From IMG/VR virus record IMGVR_UViG_3300045988_054704: a DNA stretch of 31,720 bases, one strand, 5' to 3'. This stretch comes from a virus. The notes beneath the pieces were generated by a model. It did not search any database and had not been told where the DNA came from. It saw nothing but the letters and a program-made list of their open reading frames with translations. Below are positions 7,702 to 16,874 of this stretch, in pieces (position 1 is the stretch's first letter; the number at the start of each line of letters is the position of its first letter). Position numbers and translations under genes: made by a program.

Positions 7702-7983
7702 ATGAAATATTTATACAAACAAACTGGAATTGTAGTGGAGTCTGACGATGTGTTAGACTCCACAATGTTTAAGCCGATTATTGAAGAAAAAACCGAGGAT
7801 TTGATCGAGGATAGCGAAACAGAAACAGGAGTTGCAGAAGCTGAAAATACAGAAGAACCTGTGGAAGAACTCAAAGAACCGACAGAAGACTCAGAGCTTC
7901 CAGATATAGAAGAACCAGTCGAAGCAAAGAAAGAGGCATCAGCTAAGAACACCAGAAAGAGAACACAAACAGCGAAAAAGTAG
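7702..7983 (+). CDS. Acidic low-complexity protein with a basic tail, unknown function
   Basis: A Glu/Asp/Thr-rich centre ending in 'KNTRKRTQTAKK'. It is co-oriented and tightly spaced after the capsid gene. Confidence 0.5.
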   Translation: MKYLYKQTGIVVESDDVLDSTMFKPIIEEKTEDLIEDSETETGVAEAENTEEPVEELKEPTEDSELPDIEEPVEAKKEASAKNTRKRTQTAKK

Positions 7984-7991
7984 GTGATACA

Positions 7992-8369
7992 ATGGCATAC
8001 GCATCAATTGAGGATGTTTGGAAACGAAAAGGAACAGATATTTCGGATACAGATTATGTAACGGCACTCTTGGAGGATGCAGCGATCATCATTGATGCAT
8101 ATAACCACAATGCTACAGACGAGGCAAAGAAATTAGTGTCATGTAATATGGTTATCCGGACACTCGGAAGCAGAGAGGAAGGTGTACCTATTGGAACGAC
8201 ACAGACAACTACGACAGCAATGGTATATTCGCAGACCTGGACAAATGCAAATGGAAGCGGCGAATTGTATCTGACTAAATTGGATAAGAAAATCCTTGGT
8301 GTCGGGAATCGAATTGGCTATTTTAATCCATATTCGGATTTGATGCAGGAGGAAGAGGCTAATGATTAA
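7992..8369 (+). CDS. Head-tail connector (gp6 / SPP1 gp15-like)
   Basis: 'ASIEDVWKR...DISDTDYVTALLEDAAIIID' resembles the Phage_connect_1 N-terminus. It is the first neck gene after the capsid. Confidence 0.6.
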   Translation: MAYASIEDVWKRKGTDISDTDYVTALLEDAAIIIDAYNHNATDEAKKLVSCNMVIRTLGSREEGVPIGTTQTTTTAMVYSQTWTNANGSGELYLTKLDKKILGVGNRIGYFNPYSDLMQEEEAND

Positions 8370-8694
8370 AGGAATACCGGTGAAGCTCTACGAACGAACC
8401 GCAAGTGGGACAGATACATTCGGACATCCGATATATACAGAGACACCTGTGACCGTGGAAGACGTGTTGGTTGCTCCGGCATCGACAACAGAAGTGCTGG
8501 ATATGCTTAATATTACTGGAAAAAAAGCAGTCTACAATATCGCAATTCCAAAAGGAGATACGCACGACTGGCAAGACTGTAGAGTGGATTTTTTTGGCAC
8601 ATCATGGCGAGTAATTGGATTCCCACAGCAAGGAATTGAAGAAAATATTCCAGGAAGATGGAATCAGAGATGGATGGTGGAGCGTTATGGCTAA
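8362..8694 (+). CDS. Head closure / head-tail adaptor protein
   Basis: About 110 aa, in the second neck position, overlapping both neighbours. Confidence 0.5.
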   Translation: MIKGIPVKLYERTASGTDTFGHPIYTETPVTVEDVLVAPASTTEVLDMLNITGKKAVYNIAIPKGDTHDWQDCRVDFFGTSWRVIGFPQQGIEENIPGRWNQRWMVERYG

Positions 8695-8911
8695 AACGAA
8701 AGTTGAGTTAAATCGATCCGGTGTAAGAGAGTTGATGAAATCAGCAGAGATGCAGGCAATTTTGCTGGAACAGGCAAATCAAATATCATCAGATGCAGAG
8801 AAAGAGTCGTATGTGGCGCAAACGAGAGCGATTGTAAAAATAAATGGAGACGACGGCAACAATAGCTTGCTGAAAGCAATGGGTAGAAAAAATGATCGAG
8901 GAAAAAGTTAG
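8687..8911 (+). CDS. Neck/tail-joining hypothetical protein
   Basis: The ATG at 8687 ('MAKTKVELNRSGVRELMK') overlaps the upstream stop. The call is positional only. Confidence 0.4.
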   Translation: MAKTKVELNRSGVRELMKSAEMQAILLEQANQISSDAEKESYVAQTRAIVKINGDDGNNSLLKAMGRKNDRGKS

Positions 8912-9227
8912 AGAATATCTGGAAGACAAGCTTGATATTCCGGTAAGGATGGAAGAAGAACCGGGACTTCCGGAGGAATATGTACTGATTGAAAAGACTG
9001 GATCTGGCGAAGAAAATCATATTGCATCAGCAACTCTTGCTATCCAGTCTTATTCAGGATCCCTTTATGGGGCGGCATCACTCAATGAAAGAGTGAAAGA
9101 AGCAATGGAAAAAATTGTTGAAATGGATGATATCAGTAAGTGCCAGCTTAACAGCGACTACAACTATACGGATACAACAAGGAAGAAATATCGGTATCAG
9201 GCTGTATATGATATGGTTCATTTCTGA
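8892..9227 (+). CDS. Putative tail terminator / tail completion protein
   Basis: 111 aa, immediately upstream of the major tail protein. It occupies the same position as 23923..24258 in module B. Confidence 0.45.
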   Translation: MIEEKVREYLEDKLDIPVRMEEEPGLPEEYVLIEKTGSGEENHIASATLAIQSYSGSLYGAASLNERVKEAMEKIVEMDDISKCQLNSDYNYTDTTRKKYRYQAVYDMVHF

Positions 9228-9242
9228 TGAAGGAGGATAAAA

Positions 9243-9797
9243 ATGTCAGATGCTAAAAATGTAAGTACAGGTAAGCCGAAAGTAGGCGGCGCGATTTTTA
9301 GAGCACCGCTCGGAACAACATTGCCAACAGATGCAACCACAGCATTAAATGCAGCATTTAAGTCACTTGGATATTGCTCGGAGGATGGACTCACTAATTC
9401 TAATAGTCCGGAAACTGACAACAAAAATGCTTGGGGCGGCGACACTGTATTGAATATGCAGACCAGTAAGAAAGATAATTTTAAGTTTACGATGATCGAA
9501 GCCTTGAATGTAGAGGTCCTGAAGAGTGTTTACGGAGATGATAATGTTACCGGAACACTTGAGGAAGGGATTACGGTAAAAGTAAATGCAGATGAAGCGG
9601 AACAGAATGCGTGGGCTGTGGATATGATTCTGAAAGACGCAGTGAAGCGTATCGTTATTCCGTGTGCAAGCATTACGGAAGTCGGAGACATTGTATATAA
9701 GGACGATGATGCGATTGGATACGAGACAACGTTATCGGCAGTACCGGATGCGGATGGACAGACACATTACGAATATATTAAGGGGAATAAGAAATAA
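9243..9797 (+). CDS. Major tail protein (TP901-1 / Phage_tail_2-like)
   Basis: 184 aa starting '[19 protein letters not shown]', with strong RBS AAGGAGG. It is followed by the G/GT chaperone pair and the tape measure gene. Confidence 0.8.
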   Translation: MSDAKNVSTGKPKVGGAIFRAPLGTTLPTDATTALNAAFKSLGYCSEDGLTNSNSPETDNKNAWGGDTVLNMQTSKKDNFKFTMIEALNVEVLKSVYGDDNVTGTLEEGITVKVNADEAEQNAWAVDMILKDAVKRIVIPCASITEVGDIVYKDDDAIGYETTLSAVPDADGQTHYEYIKGNKK

Positions 9798-10060
9798 TGA
9801 AGGGAAAAACAAGCAGTGGTTTTGAGTATGAGTTAGATGAAGCGGCGTTGGATGATTATGAACTTCTGGAAGATCTGTGTGAAATGGATGCAGGAAATGT
9901 GGCGAAAATGAGTAGCATGCTGAATCGTCTGATTGGTACAGAACAGAAGGAGCGCTTAAAAGAACATTTGCGGACAGAAAATGGAAGGGTTCCAATGTCG
10001 AAAATGATGATCGAAATAGAGGAAATTTTCAAAAATGCAAAAGCAGGAAAAAACTCTTAA
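9797..10060 (+). CDS. Tail assembly chaperone (gpG-like)
   Basis: An acidic 87-aa protein between the major tail protein and the tape measure. It ends just after a slippery heptamer. Confidence 0.75.
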   Translation: MKGKTSSGFEYELDEAALDDYELLEDLCEMDAGNVAKMSSMLNRLIGTEQKERLKEHLRTENGRVPMSKMMIEIEEIFKNAKAGKNS

Positions 10061-10443
10061 TCCTCGCTCACATGCTTAATTTTGACAAGGATGCACTTTT
10101 GTGCGACCTTGCAGAAACATATCATATTTATGACTATAAGTCGTTACCGTGCAGAATGGTAGCGACTTTTTCTTGTGGGTTGAGGGAAAATTCAAGAATC
10201 AAAATGAAAATGGCAGGGATAGATCCTATACCGGAACAAATTCTTATGGCAGCTATTGCGGATGGAACACGTATGACCGCCTGGTTACAATCCGAGGATG
10301 GAGCGACTGGGAAAAACCGTCCGAAGTCATTGCTTGGAATGATCATAGGTGATGGAACGGAAAAATCCAAAGAAATTCAGACGTTTGATTCTGGAGAAGA
10401 TTTTGACAGAGAATGGGCGAGATTGACGGGAAAGGAGGGATAA
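9797..10443 (+). CDS. Tail assembly chaperone G-T fusion (via -1 frameshift at 10048..10054)
   Basis: The -1 frame is open from the slip site through 10443, and the tape measure gene starts at 10445. Confidence 0.65.
10048..10054 (+). promoter_or_regulatory. -1 programmed ribosomal frameshift site A_AAA_AAC
   Basis: The zero-frame codons GGA AAA AAC give X_XXY_YYZ = A_AAA_AAC. The -1 frame then reads ctc tta atc ctc gct cac atg, which is the frame of ORF 10072..10443. Confidence 0.7.
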
Positions 10444-10444
10444 G

Positions 10445-12313
10445 ATGGCTACGGAACTTGCAAAAGCGTATGTGCAGATCATACCATCGGCGGTAGGAAT
10501 TCAGGGAAGAATTCAAAAAGAAATAGAGCCGGAAGCAGACTCAGCCGGAAGTTCTTTTGGTGGGAAAATGGTTGGCATGATCAAAAAGGTTATTGCCGCA
10601 GCAGCAATCGGGAAAGCTCTGTCGGCGAGCATCAGTGAAGGTGCAGCACTCGAACAAAGTCTTGGTGGAATCGAAACATTATTTAAAGATTCTGCCGATA
10701 AAGTGAAAGCAAATGCGGCAAAAGCCTACCAGACAGCAGGAATGAGTGCAAATGACTACATGGAACTAACTACAAGCTTTTCAGCGAGCCTTCTTAGTTC
10801 CCTTGCTGGCGACACCTCCAAAGCTGCAGATGTGGCAGATATGGCAATGGTAGATATGTCTGATAATGCGAATAAGATGGGAACCAATATGGAAGACATC
10901 AAAAATGCATATCAGGGATTCGCCAAACAGAACTATACAATGCTGGACAACCTGAAGCTTGGATATGGTGGTACGAAGTCGGAGATGGAGCGTCTTTTGG
11001 CAGATGCACAGAAAATCAGTGGCGTGGAATACAATATTGATAATCTATCAGATGTCTACAGTGCAATTCACGTGATCCAGGGACAGTTGGATATTACCGG
11101 AACGACAGCAAAAGAAGCGGCAACGACTATATCTGGATCGTTCAACCAGATGAAAGCAGCGGCTAAAAATGTAATGGGAGAAATTGCTCTGGGAATGGAT
11201 GTAGGACCGGCACTTAATGAACTGGCGAATACGATCATAACCTTTGCAGTTGGAAATCTGCTTCCGGCAGTATGGAATGTTATATCTGCACTTCCATCAG
11301 CAATCGTTACATTTGTAACGGCACTCGGTCCACAACTGTTTGCTGCAGCGTCTGGACTGATTCCGCAAATTGCAAGCGGAATCACAACAGGAATACCGAC
11401 TCTTTATCAGAGCGCAATGCGGATTATGGATCAGTTTAATATCGGAATCCAGGAGCAACTCCCGATCTTGTTGCAGAATGGTGTGGATTTCATAACAAAC
11501 ATTGTGAATGGAATCTTGCAAAATTTACCGCAAGTAATAACGATGGCGGGCAATATTATTACATATTTTGCCAACACAATTATTTCTATGTTTCCGACTG
11601 TTTTGAGTGCAGGTGCATCATTGTTGCTGAAACTTGTAAATGGCATCATAAATAATTTGCCACAGATTGCCCAGGCAGCAGCGACTGCAATCGTGCGTTT
11701 TGTAGCGTCAATTGGTCAGAATCTTCCACAGATTCTTCAGAGTGGTATTACGATTATCGCTAAGCTGGCAGCAGGCTTGATACGTGCTATTCCGAATTTG
11801 GTTGGACAGATACCGGCAATTATCAGCGCAATTGTGAATGCTTTTACGAGCCAGAACTGGGGAAGTATTGGAATCAATATCATAAGCGGTATCGCATCCG
11901 GACTTCGTTCGGCGGCACATATGCTATGGGATGCTGTAAAAGGTGTTCTTGGTGGATTTAAAGAAAATGTTCTGGCATTCTTCGGGATTCACTCACCGTC
12001 ACGTTGGGGAATGTTTGTTGGAGAGATGATAGACACCGGTATTGCGAATGGACTTACCGGAAACACATCGTTGATCTCTAATGCTGCAGAAGAACTCCAA
12101 AAATCACTCAAGAAACCTGTCGGGACAAGCTTGGATTTTGCGGTTTCTGGAAGAAATAGCACTGAAAACGAGAACAATGCGCTCATTGAAAAACTGGAAC
12201 AGTTGTTGGAGTATTTGAAAACAACATCCAAACGAGGAGAAACTATCGTGATCAATCTGAATGACAGAGAGGTAATGAGAGTATTAAGAGAAATGGGGGT
12301 TGTGCTTGAATGA
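10445..12313 (+). CDS. Tape measure protein (622 aa)
   Basis: Ala/Gly/Ile-rich helical repeats, a C-terminal 'FGIHSPSRW' motif, and a position after the G/GT pair. Confidence 0.85.
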   Translation: MATELAKAYVQIIPSAVGIQGRIQKEIEPEADSAGSSFGGKMVGMIKKVIAAAAIGKALSASISEGAALEQSLGGIETLFKDSADKVKANAAKAYQTAGMSANDYMELTTSFSASLLSSLAGDTSKAADVADMAMVDMSDNANKMGTNMEDIKNAYQGFAKQNYTMLDNLKLGYGGTKSEMERLLADAQKISGVEYNIDNLSDVYSAIHVIQGQLDITGTTAKEAATTISGSFNQMKAAAKNVMGEIALGMDVGPALNELANTIITFAVGNLLPAVWNVISALPSAIVTFVTALGPQLFAAASGLIPQIASGITTGIPTLYQSAMRIMDQFNIGIQEQLPILLQNGVDFITNIVNGILQNLPQVITMAGNIITYFANTIISMFPTVLSAGASLLLKLVNGIINNLPQIAQAAATAIVRFVASIGQNLPQILQSGITIIAKLAAGLIRAIPNLVGQIPAIISAIVNAFTSQNWGSIGINIISGIASGLRSAAHMLWDAVKGVLGGFKENVLAFFGIHSPSRWGMFVGEMIDTGIANGLTGNTSLISNAAEELQKSLKKPVGTSLDFAVSGRNSTENENNALIEKLEQLLEYLKTTSKRGETIVINLNDREVMRVLREMGVVLE

Positions 12314-13149
12314 TTGAGATCAAATATGTGTGTTCCAATGGAGAGGAATATAATCTGATTGGTGATAAGATGAGAGCAACCTCCGGATATTTCCACGCTT
12401 ACGAATGGATACCAAATACTACAGAAAAAGAAATGGGAGTGGCGGTAAATTCTTTCACGAAAGAACCGGTGGTGTATGATATTACACTTACGGTGCGAGG
12501 GAAAGAATTTGAGAGAAAGCAGTTTCTGAATAAGCTTACCAATGCGTTTGAATATGATGTGGTGAATCTGTCACCTGGAAGGATTTATTATGGAAAATAT
12601 TACATTGACGGATATATAAAGAAATCGAGCAATGAGGTTTCAGGTGAAAATAATAGCAGAACAGATTGCAAGATAGAAATATACTGTCCGTACCCGTTTT
12701 GGTCAATGGAACAGGAACAGAGCTTTTATCCGGATTCGGCAAACAAAGGAGAAGCATACGGATTTTTGGAATATCCGTATGACTATCCATATGATTATTC
12801 AAGAAAAAGCGCTGGCACACAGAACTGGTTTATTGATCATTTTCGTGATAATAATTTTGAAATTGTGATATATGGACCATGTGCAGATCCAAGAATCATT
12901 ATCAATGATTATCCATATCAGATATATGAGACTTTGGAAAATGGAGAATACATTTTGATAAAGAGCAGGGATAAGACGATTACGAAACATCTTGGAAATG
13001 GAACGATCCAAAACATTTTTGCGAAAAGAGCAAAAGATAAAAGTGTGTTTTCTTTAATTCCGTCAGGCATGCTGACATTGAACTGGAGTGGCGAATTTGG
13101 TTTTGATATCAAAGTGTATAAGGAGAGGAGCGTGCCAGAATGGAGTTAA
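12310..13149 (+). CDS. Distal tail protein (Dit-like phage tail component)
   Basis: The first gene after the tape measure, with an ATGA overlap. It is a paralog of 16865..17707 (shared 'FLEYPYDY.YDYSR', 'IYGPC.DP.II.N.YPYQ'). Confidence 0.65.
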   Translation: MIEIKYVCSNGEEYNLIGDKMRATSGYFHAYEWIPNTTEKEMGVAVNSFTKEPVVYDITLTVRGKEFERKQFLNKLTNAFEYDVVNLSPGRIYYGKYYIDGYIKKSSNEVSGENNSRTDCKIEIYCPYPFWSMEQEQSFYPDSANKGEAYGFLEYPYDYPYDYSRKSAGTQNWFIDHFRDNNFEIVIYGPCADPRIIINDYPYQIYETLENGEYILIKSRDKTITKHLGNGTIQNIFAKRAKDKSVFSLIPSGMLTLNWSGEFGFDIKVYKERSVPEWS

Positions 13150-14144
13150 TCTACACAGATCCAAATGGTAAAGAACTTGGATATATCCTAAATGCAAATA
13201 TTGATATGGAAATCGGAGAGGATGAAAAGAACTCCATAAATGATTTTGAAATTGAATTTAAACGGTCAGGTTGGGATGGAACGATTGAATTTGGAAGCCA
13301 ACTGTATGTTCCTGATACGGAGTATGGTGGGATTGTACAGGAAATCTCGACAAGTACAAAGGCGAATAGCATTACCACAAAAGGGTATACGTGGCGTGGA
13401 ATGATGACAAAGAAGATTATTCAGCCTGGAAGTGGACAGGACTATGCAACGGTAGAAGGCGAACTGAATACAATCGTAAAGCAGAAAGTGCAGGAGGCTT
13501 TCCCAGGGCTTTTTTACGGCGTGAGTGAAGATACCGGTGTAGAAGTAACGAATTATCAGTTCGATCGGTATTGCACACTTCATGAAGGACTCCGAAAAAT
13601 GCTGCAGTCTGTTGGATATCGTATGGAAATTAAGTATATCCAGGGCGATAAATACGAAATGGGATACGTGCAGGTAAAAGCAGTTCCTATTGTAGATTAT
13701 TCATCGGAATATGAATTTTCAAATGATCAGAATATGAACTTCAAAATGGATGATAACAGAAGAGGCGTTAATCATTTGATTTGTCTTGGAAAAGGAGAAT
13801 TGAAAGATCGCCTGGTAATTCATCTGTATGTTGGCCAGAATGGGGAAATAGGACAGGAGCAGTATTTTAAAGGGACGGATGAAATTGTGGAAATCTACGA
13901 CAGTTCAGGATCGGAACGAGATGATCTCCTGAAAAATGGGATAAAAAAACTGGAAGAATCAAAGAATAAAACAGAATATGATATGACTATGGAGAAAATC
14001 GAAGGAAACATGGATGTTGGAGATGTTGTAGGTGGACGAGATTATCTTACCGGCGCAAGCATGAAGAAACCAATCGGACGTAAGATTTGGACAATTTCAG
14101 AGGGTAAAGAAAAAATAGAATATAAATTGGAAGGAGAGTCTTAA
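13140..14144 (+). CDS. Tail-tip protein, Siphovirus Gp37-like (Tal position)
   Basis: 334 aa, the second gene after the tape measure. It is a paralog of 15882..16874, roughly two-thirds identical by eye. Confidence 0.55.
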   Translation: MELIYTDPNGKELGYILNANIDMEIGEDEKNSINDFEIEFKRSGWDGTIEFGSQLYVPDTEYGGIVQEISTSTKANSITTKGYTWRGMMTKKIIQPGSGQDYATVEGELNTIVKQKVQEAFPGLFYGVSEDTGVEVTNYQFDRYCTLHEGLRKMLQSVGYRMEIKYIQGDKYEMGYVQVKAVPIVDYSSEYEFSNDQNMNFKMDDNRRGVNHLICLGKGELKDRLVIHLYVGQNGEIGQEQYFKGTDEIVEIYDSSGSERDDLLKNGIKKLEESKNKTEYDMTMEKIEGNMDVGDVVGGRDYLTGASMKKPIGRKIWTISEGKEKIEYKLEGES

Positions 14145-15040
14145 TGGATATCATCACAGGATATACAGGAAGTCCACATGTTACTGCTGAACAGGACAGA
14201 GATGTGAATATTGGAATTTTTGGAGCAGAATCATATGTTTTGCGAACTGGATCACGGTTAAAGGCTGAAGTGTCGTCAAATAATGAAATCAAGGTACGTG
14301 ATGGAGTTATCATGCATCAAGGGTGTGCTGCATCAATCAAAAAGAATACATATGATTCACTAACGATTGCAAATGGGTCACAGGGAATGAAGAGAGTAGA
14401 CCTTATCGTGGCACGATACAGCAGGGATCAGAACACAAAAGAAGAATCACTTGTGTTGAAAGTAATTCAAGGAACGCCAAAAGAAAGCGGTCCGGCAGTA
14501 CCGGGATATACTACAGGAGATATCCAAGCAGGGGATTTGATTGCGGACATGCCGTTGTATCAGGTAACTCTTAATGGACTTAATATTACAGAAGTGAAGC
14601 AGCTGTTTGCGACACAGGATTCGATTGCTGAATTAAGTAGCAATTTATTAAATGTAAAAGCAGATTTGACAAAAGCAAATAATAATATTGCGACCATAAA
14701 CAATAAACTGATTTCTATCGTAGAACGTGGAACCAAAAATAACTACAATTACACAAAATATTCCAACGGCGACATGGTTATGTGGAGTAAATATACTTGG
14801 AATACCAATCTTGCAACCAGTTGGTATAACTGGTATTTTGCTTCTAGTGCTGCGGTTGGTTTTCCAGTAGCATTCAAACAAGCGCCTTTAATTATAGTAT
14901 CTCCGGCAAAGACTAACGAACTGTATGGTCTTGGAGTTACCGAAGTGACTACAACCGGGTACAAGCTTACAGCATACAGTCCAAAGCAAGGAATGTGTTA
15001 TGTACAAGCTGATATGCTTATAATCGGAAAATGGAAATAA
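14144..15040 (+). CDS. Receptor-binding / tail fibre protein A (conserved N-terminus, variable C-terminus)
   Basis: The last gene of the operon. The first 168 aa align without gaps to 15043..15882; the rest diverges and ends in a small domain ('AVGFPVAFKQAP...MLIIGKWK'). Confidence 0.55.
   Translation: MDIITGYTGSPHVTAEQDRDVNIGIFGAESYVLRTGSRLKAEVSSNNEIKVRDGVIMHQGCAASIKKNTYDSLTIANGSQGMKRVDLIVARYSRDQNTKEESLVLKVIQGTPKESGPAVPGYTTGDIQAGDLIADMPLYQVTLNGLNITEVKQLFATQDSIAELSSNLLNVKADLTKANNNIATINNKLISIVERGTKNNYNYTKYSNGDMVMWSKYTWNTNLATSWYNWYFASSAAVGFPVAFKQAPLIIVSPAKTNELYGLGVTEVTTTGYKLTAYSPKQGMCYVQADMLIIGKWK
14628..14648. repeat. Inner inverted repeat, left arm (ctgaattaagtagcaatttat)
   Basis: A perfect 21-nt match to the reverse complement of 15378..15398. 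It encodes 'ELSSNL' at the exact constant/variable boundary of RBP A. Confidence 0.9.
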
Positions 15041-15042
15041 TT

Positions 15043-15882
15043 CTAATATGTTCCGATTGCAATATAGTCCATATAAAAAGCTTTATTTGTATATGCTGCA
15101 AAATATCCTAATCGAAGTTGGGAGATTCCATTCAAGGTTGTGGTTTTTCCAAGAATCATAACCCAATCGTCACTATTTTGAGTTATTGTACAACCTCTTA
15201 AAAATTTAAACGGTTTTGGAAATGTTGATTGTTCTATTTTGGTACTTACACCCGTATATCCAGTGCCATTTTTTTGCAATGAGGCATATACGTGAATTGT
15301 TCCGGCACATATTTGAATCCTATTTTTAGGGAATCGTATACAAATGCTTTTTGTGGATGAATCTATATAAGTTTCGTATAAATTGCTACTTAATTCAGGA
15401 AGCGTAGGAATTACCGTAAACATTTTATCCACCGACGTAACATTCAGTCCATCCAATGTTACTTTATACAGTGGCATATCTGCTACCAAATCTCCAGACT
15501 GAATATCTCCCGTTTTATACGTCGGTACTGCTGCCGTGCTTGCATTTGGTGTTCCCTGAATAACCTTCAGCATCACCTCTTCTATTTTTGTTTCCTCGTT
15601 CTTATTATATCTCGCCACAATAAGATCAATCCGTTTCATTCCCTGTGATCCGTTTGCGATTGTCACCGGATCATAAGTATTTTTCTTAATCACCGCCGTG
15701 CATCCCTGGATCACCAATACTCCGTCTCTGACTTTGATTTCGTTATTTGATACCAGTTCTGTTGCCAGCTGTGAGCCAGTTTTAAGAACAAATGATCCAG
15801 TATCAAAAATTCCTTCATTGACATCCCGGTCCTGCTCTGCCGTAACATGCGGCTTTCCGGTATACCCTGTAATGATTTCCAT
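15043..15882 (-). CDS. Receptor-binding / tail fibre protein B (conserved N-terminus, variable C-terminus)
   Basis: The N-terminal 168 aa are homologous to RBP A. The C-terminus is different ('...FPKPFKFLRG...MDYIAIGTY'). Confidence 0.55.
   Translation of the reverse strand: MEIITGYTGKPHVTAEQDRDVNEGIFDTGSFVLKTGSQLATELVSNNEIKVRDGVLVIQGCTAVIKKNTYDPVTIANGSQGMKRIDLIVARYNKNEETKIEEVMLKVIQGTPNASTAAVPTYKTGDIQSGDLVADMPLYKVTLDGLNVTSVDKMFTVIPTLPELSSNLYETYIDSSTKSICIRFPKNRIQICAGTIHVYASLQKNGTGYTGVSTKIEQSTFPKPFKFLRGCTITQNSDDWVMILGKTTTLNGISQLRLGYFAAYTNKAFYMDYIAIGTY
15378..15398. repeat. Inner inverted repeat, right arm
   Basis: The reverse complement equals 14628..14648. It is in the same codon phase in RBP B. 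Confidence 0.9.
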
Positions 15883-16874
15883 CAGCTTTCTCCTTTCAAT
15901 TTGTACTCAATCTTTTCTTCTCCATCCGTTATCTTCCAGATTTTCTTTCCAATTGGTTTCCGCATATATACTCCTGTCAAATAATCTCGACCGCCTACGA
16001 TATCTCCAATATCTATCTCGTCTTCCAACGTTTCCAATGTCAGATCGTATTCTATGGAATTCTTCGCTTTCTCCAGCCGTTCCGTTCCACCCTTTAACAG
16101 ATCCTCATATTCCGAACTTGAACTGTCGTAGATATCTGCAATCTCATCAACGCCTTGGAAGAACTGAGTCTGCCCTATTTTTCCGTTCTGGTCAACGTAT
16201 AAATGGATTACCAGTCGATCTTTGAGCTCGCCTTTTCCGAGACAAATCATATGATTGATACCGCGCTGATTGTTATCCATCGTAAAGTATAGACCGTTGT
16301 CATTTGAAAACTCGCATTCCACCGAACGATCCCTAATCGGAACTGCGCTGATCACAACATATCCTGACTCTTCTTTTTCTCTTTGAAAAAACTTGATATC
16401 CAGTCTGTATCCTACCGACTGCAGCATCTTTTGCAGTCCCTCATAGAGCGTGCAATATCTGTCGAATTGATAGTCTTTTACTTGTACCCCTGTATCTGCA
16501 TCACTTCCATAAAATAGCCCCGGGAACGCTTCCTTTACTTTTTCTCCCACGATCTCATTAAGTTCACCAGTTGCTGTTGCATAATCCTGTCCAGATTGCG
16601 GTTCAATGATCTTTTTCATCATCATTCCACGCCAGGTATATCCTTTCGCCGTAATGGTATTCGTCTTTGTGCTGGTTTTTATTTCCCGGACTATGCCTCC
16701 AAACTCTGTTTCCGGAACATAAAAAAAGCAGCCGTTCTCGACTGTTCCATCCCACTCTGACCTCTTATACTCAATCTCAAAATCATTCGTGGCTTCTTCT
16801 CCAATCTCCATATCAAGCGTTGTGTATACAACCCCAAGCTCTTTTCCTTTTGTGTCGGTATATATCAGATCCAT
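15882..16874 (-). CDS. Tail-tip protein, Siphovirus Gp37-like (Tal position)
   Basis: 330 aa, a paralog of 13140..14144 (shared 'GYTWRGMM.KKII.P.SGQDYAT', 'ICLGKGELKDRLVIHLYV'). Confidence 0.55.
   Translation of the reverse strand: MDLIYTDTKGKELGVVYTTLDMEIGEEATNDFEIEYKRSEWDGTVENGCFFYVPETEFGGIVREIKTSTKTNTITAKGYTWRGMMMKKIIEPQSGQDYATATGELNEIVGEKVKEAFPGLFYGSDADTGVQVKDYQFDRYCTLYEGLQKMLQSVGYRLDIKFFQREKEESGYVVISAVPIRDRSVECEFSNDNGLYFTMDNNQRGINHMICLGKGELKDRLVIHLYVDQNGKIGQTQFFQGVDEIADIYDSSSSEYEDLLKGGTERLEKAKNSIEYDLTLETLEDEIDIGDIVGGRDYLTGVYMRKPIGKKIWKITDGEEKIEYKLKGES

Larger units (their letters stand above)
1..15040 (+). mobile_element. Phage/prophage late module A: regulator, HNH, TerS/TerL, SPP1-type portal + MuF + scaffold + capsid, siphovirus-type tail, tail tip/RBP
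   Basis: Uninterrupted co-oriented gene string in canonical siphovirus late order. Starts are tightly coupled or overlapping (ATAATG, ATGA), and RBS motifs precede most starts. Confidence 0.85.

Noticed and set aside
14649-15377. Diversity-generating retroelement targeting the variable RBP C-termini
   Set aside because: There is no reverse transcriptase gene, no accessory gene and no adenine-mismatched repeat pair. The two C-termini are simply different sequences.
14144-15882. Search for a holin/endolysin cassette, integrase or att core near the RBP genes
   Set aside because: No ORF with lysin-like, holin-like (small, two to three transmembrane segments) or recombinase-like features exists here. 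The only small membrane protein is the moron at 21825..22145, which is embedded mid-tail-operon with its own promoter-like and terminator signals rather than in a lysis cassette. I treat the absence as a real feature of the window rather than calling any ORF a lysis gene.
15698-16225. 175-aa + strand ORF overlapping RBP B and the Gp37-like gene B, and similar + strand ORFs at 24778..25664
   Set aside because: They are embedded antisense in well-supported, paralog-confirmed CDSs. Their composition is Ser/Pro/Leu-rich, as expected for spurious antisense frames.
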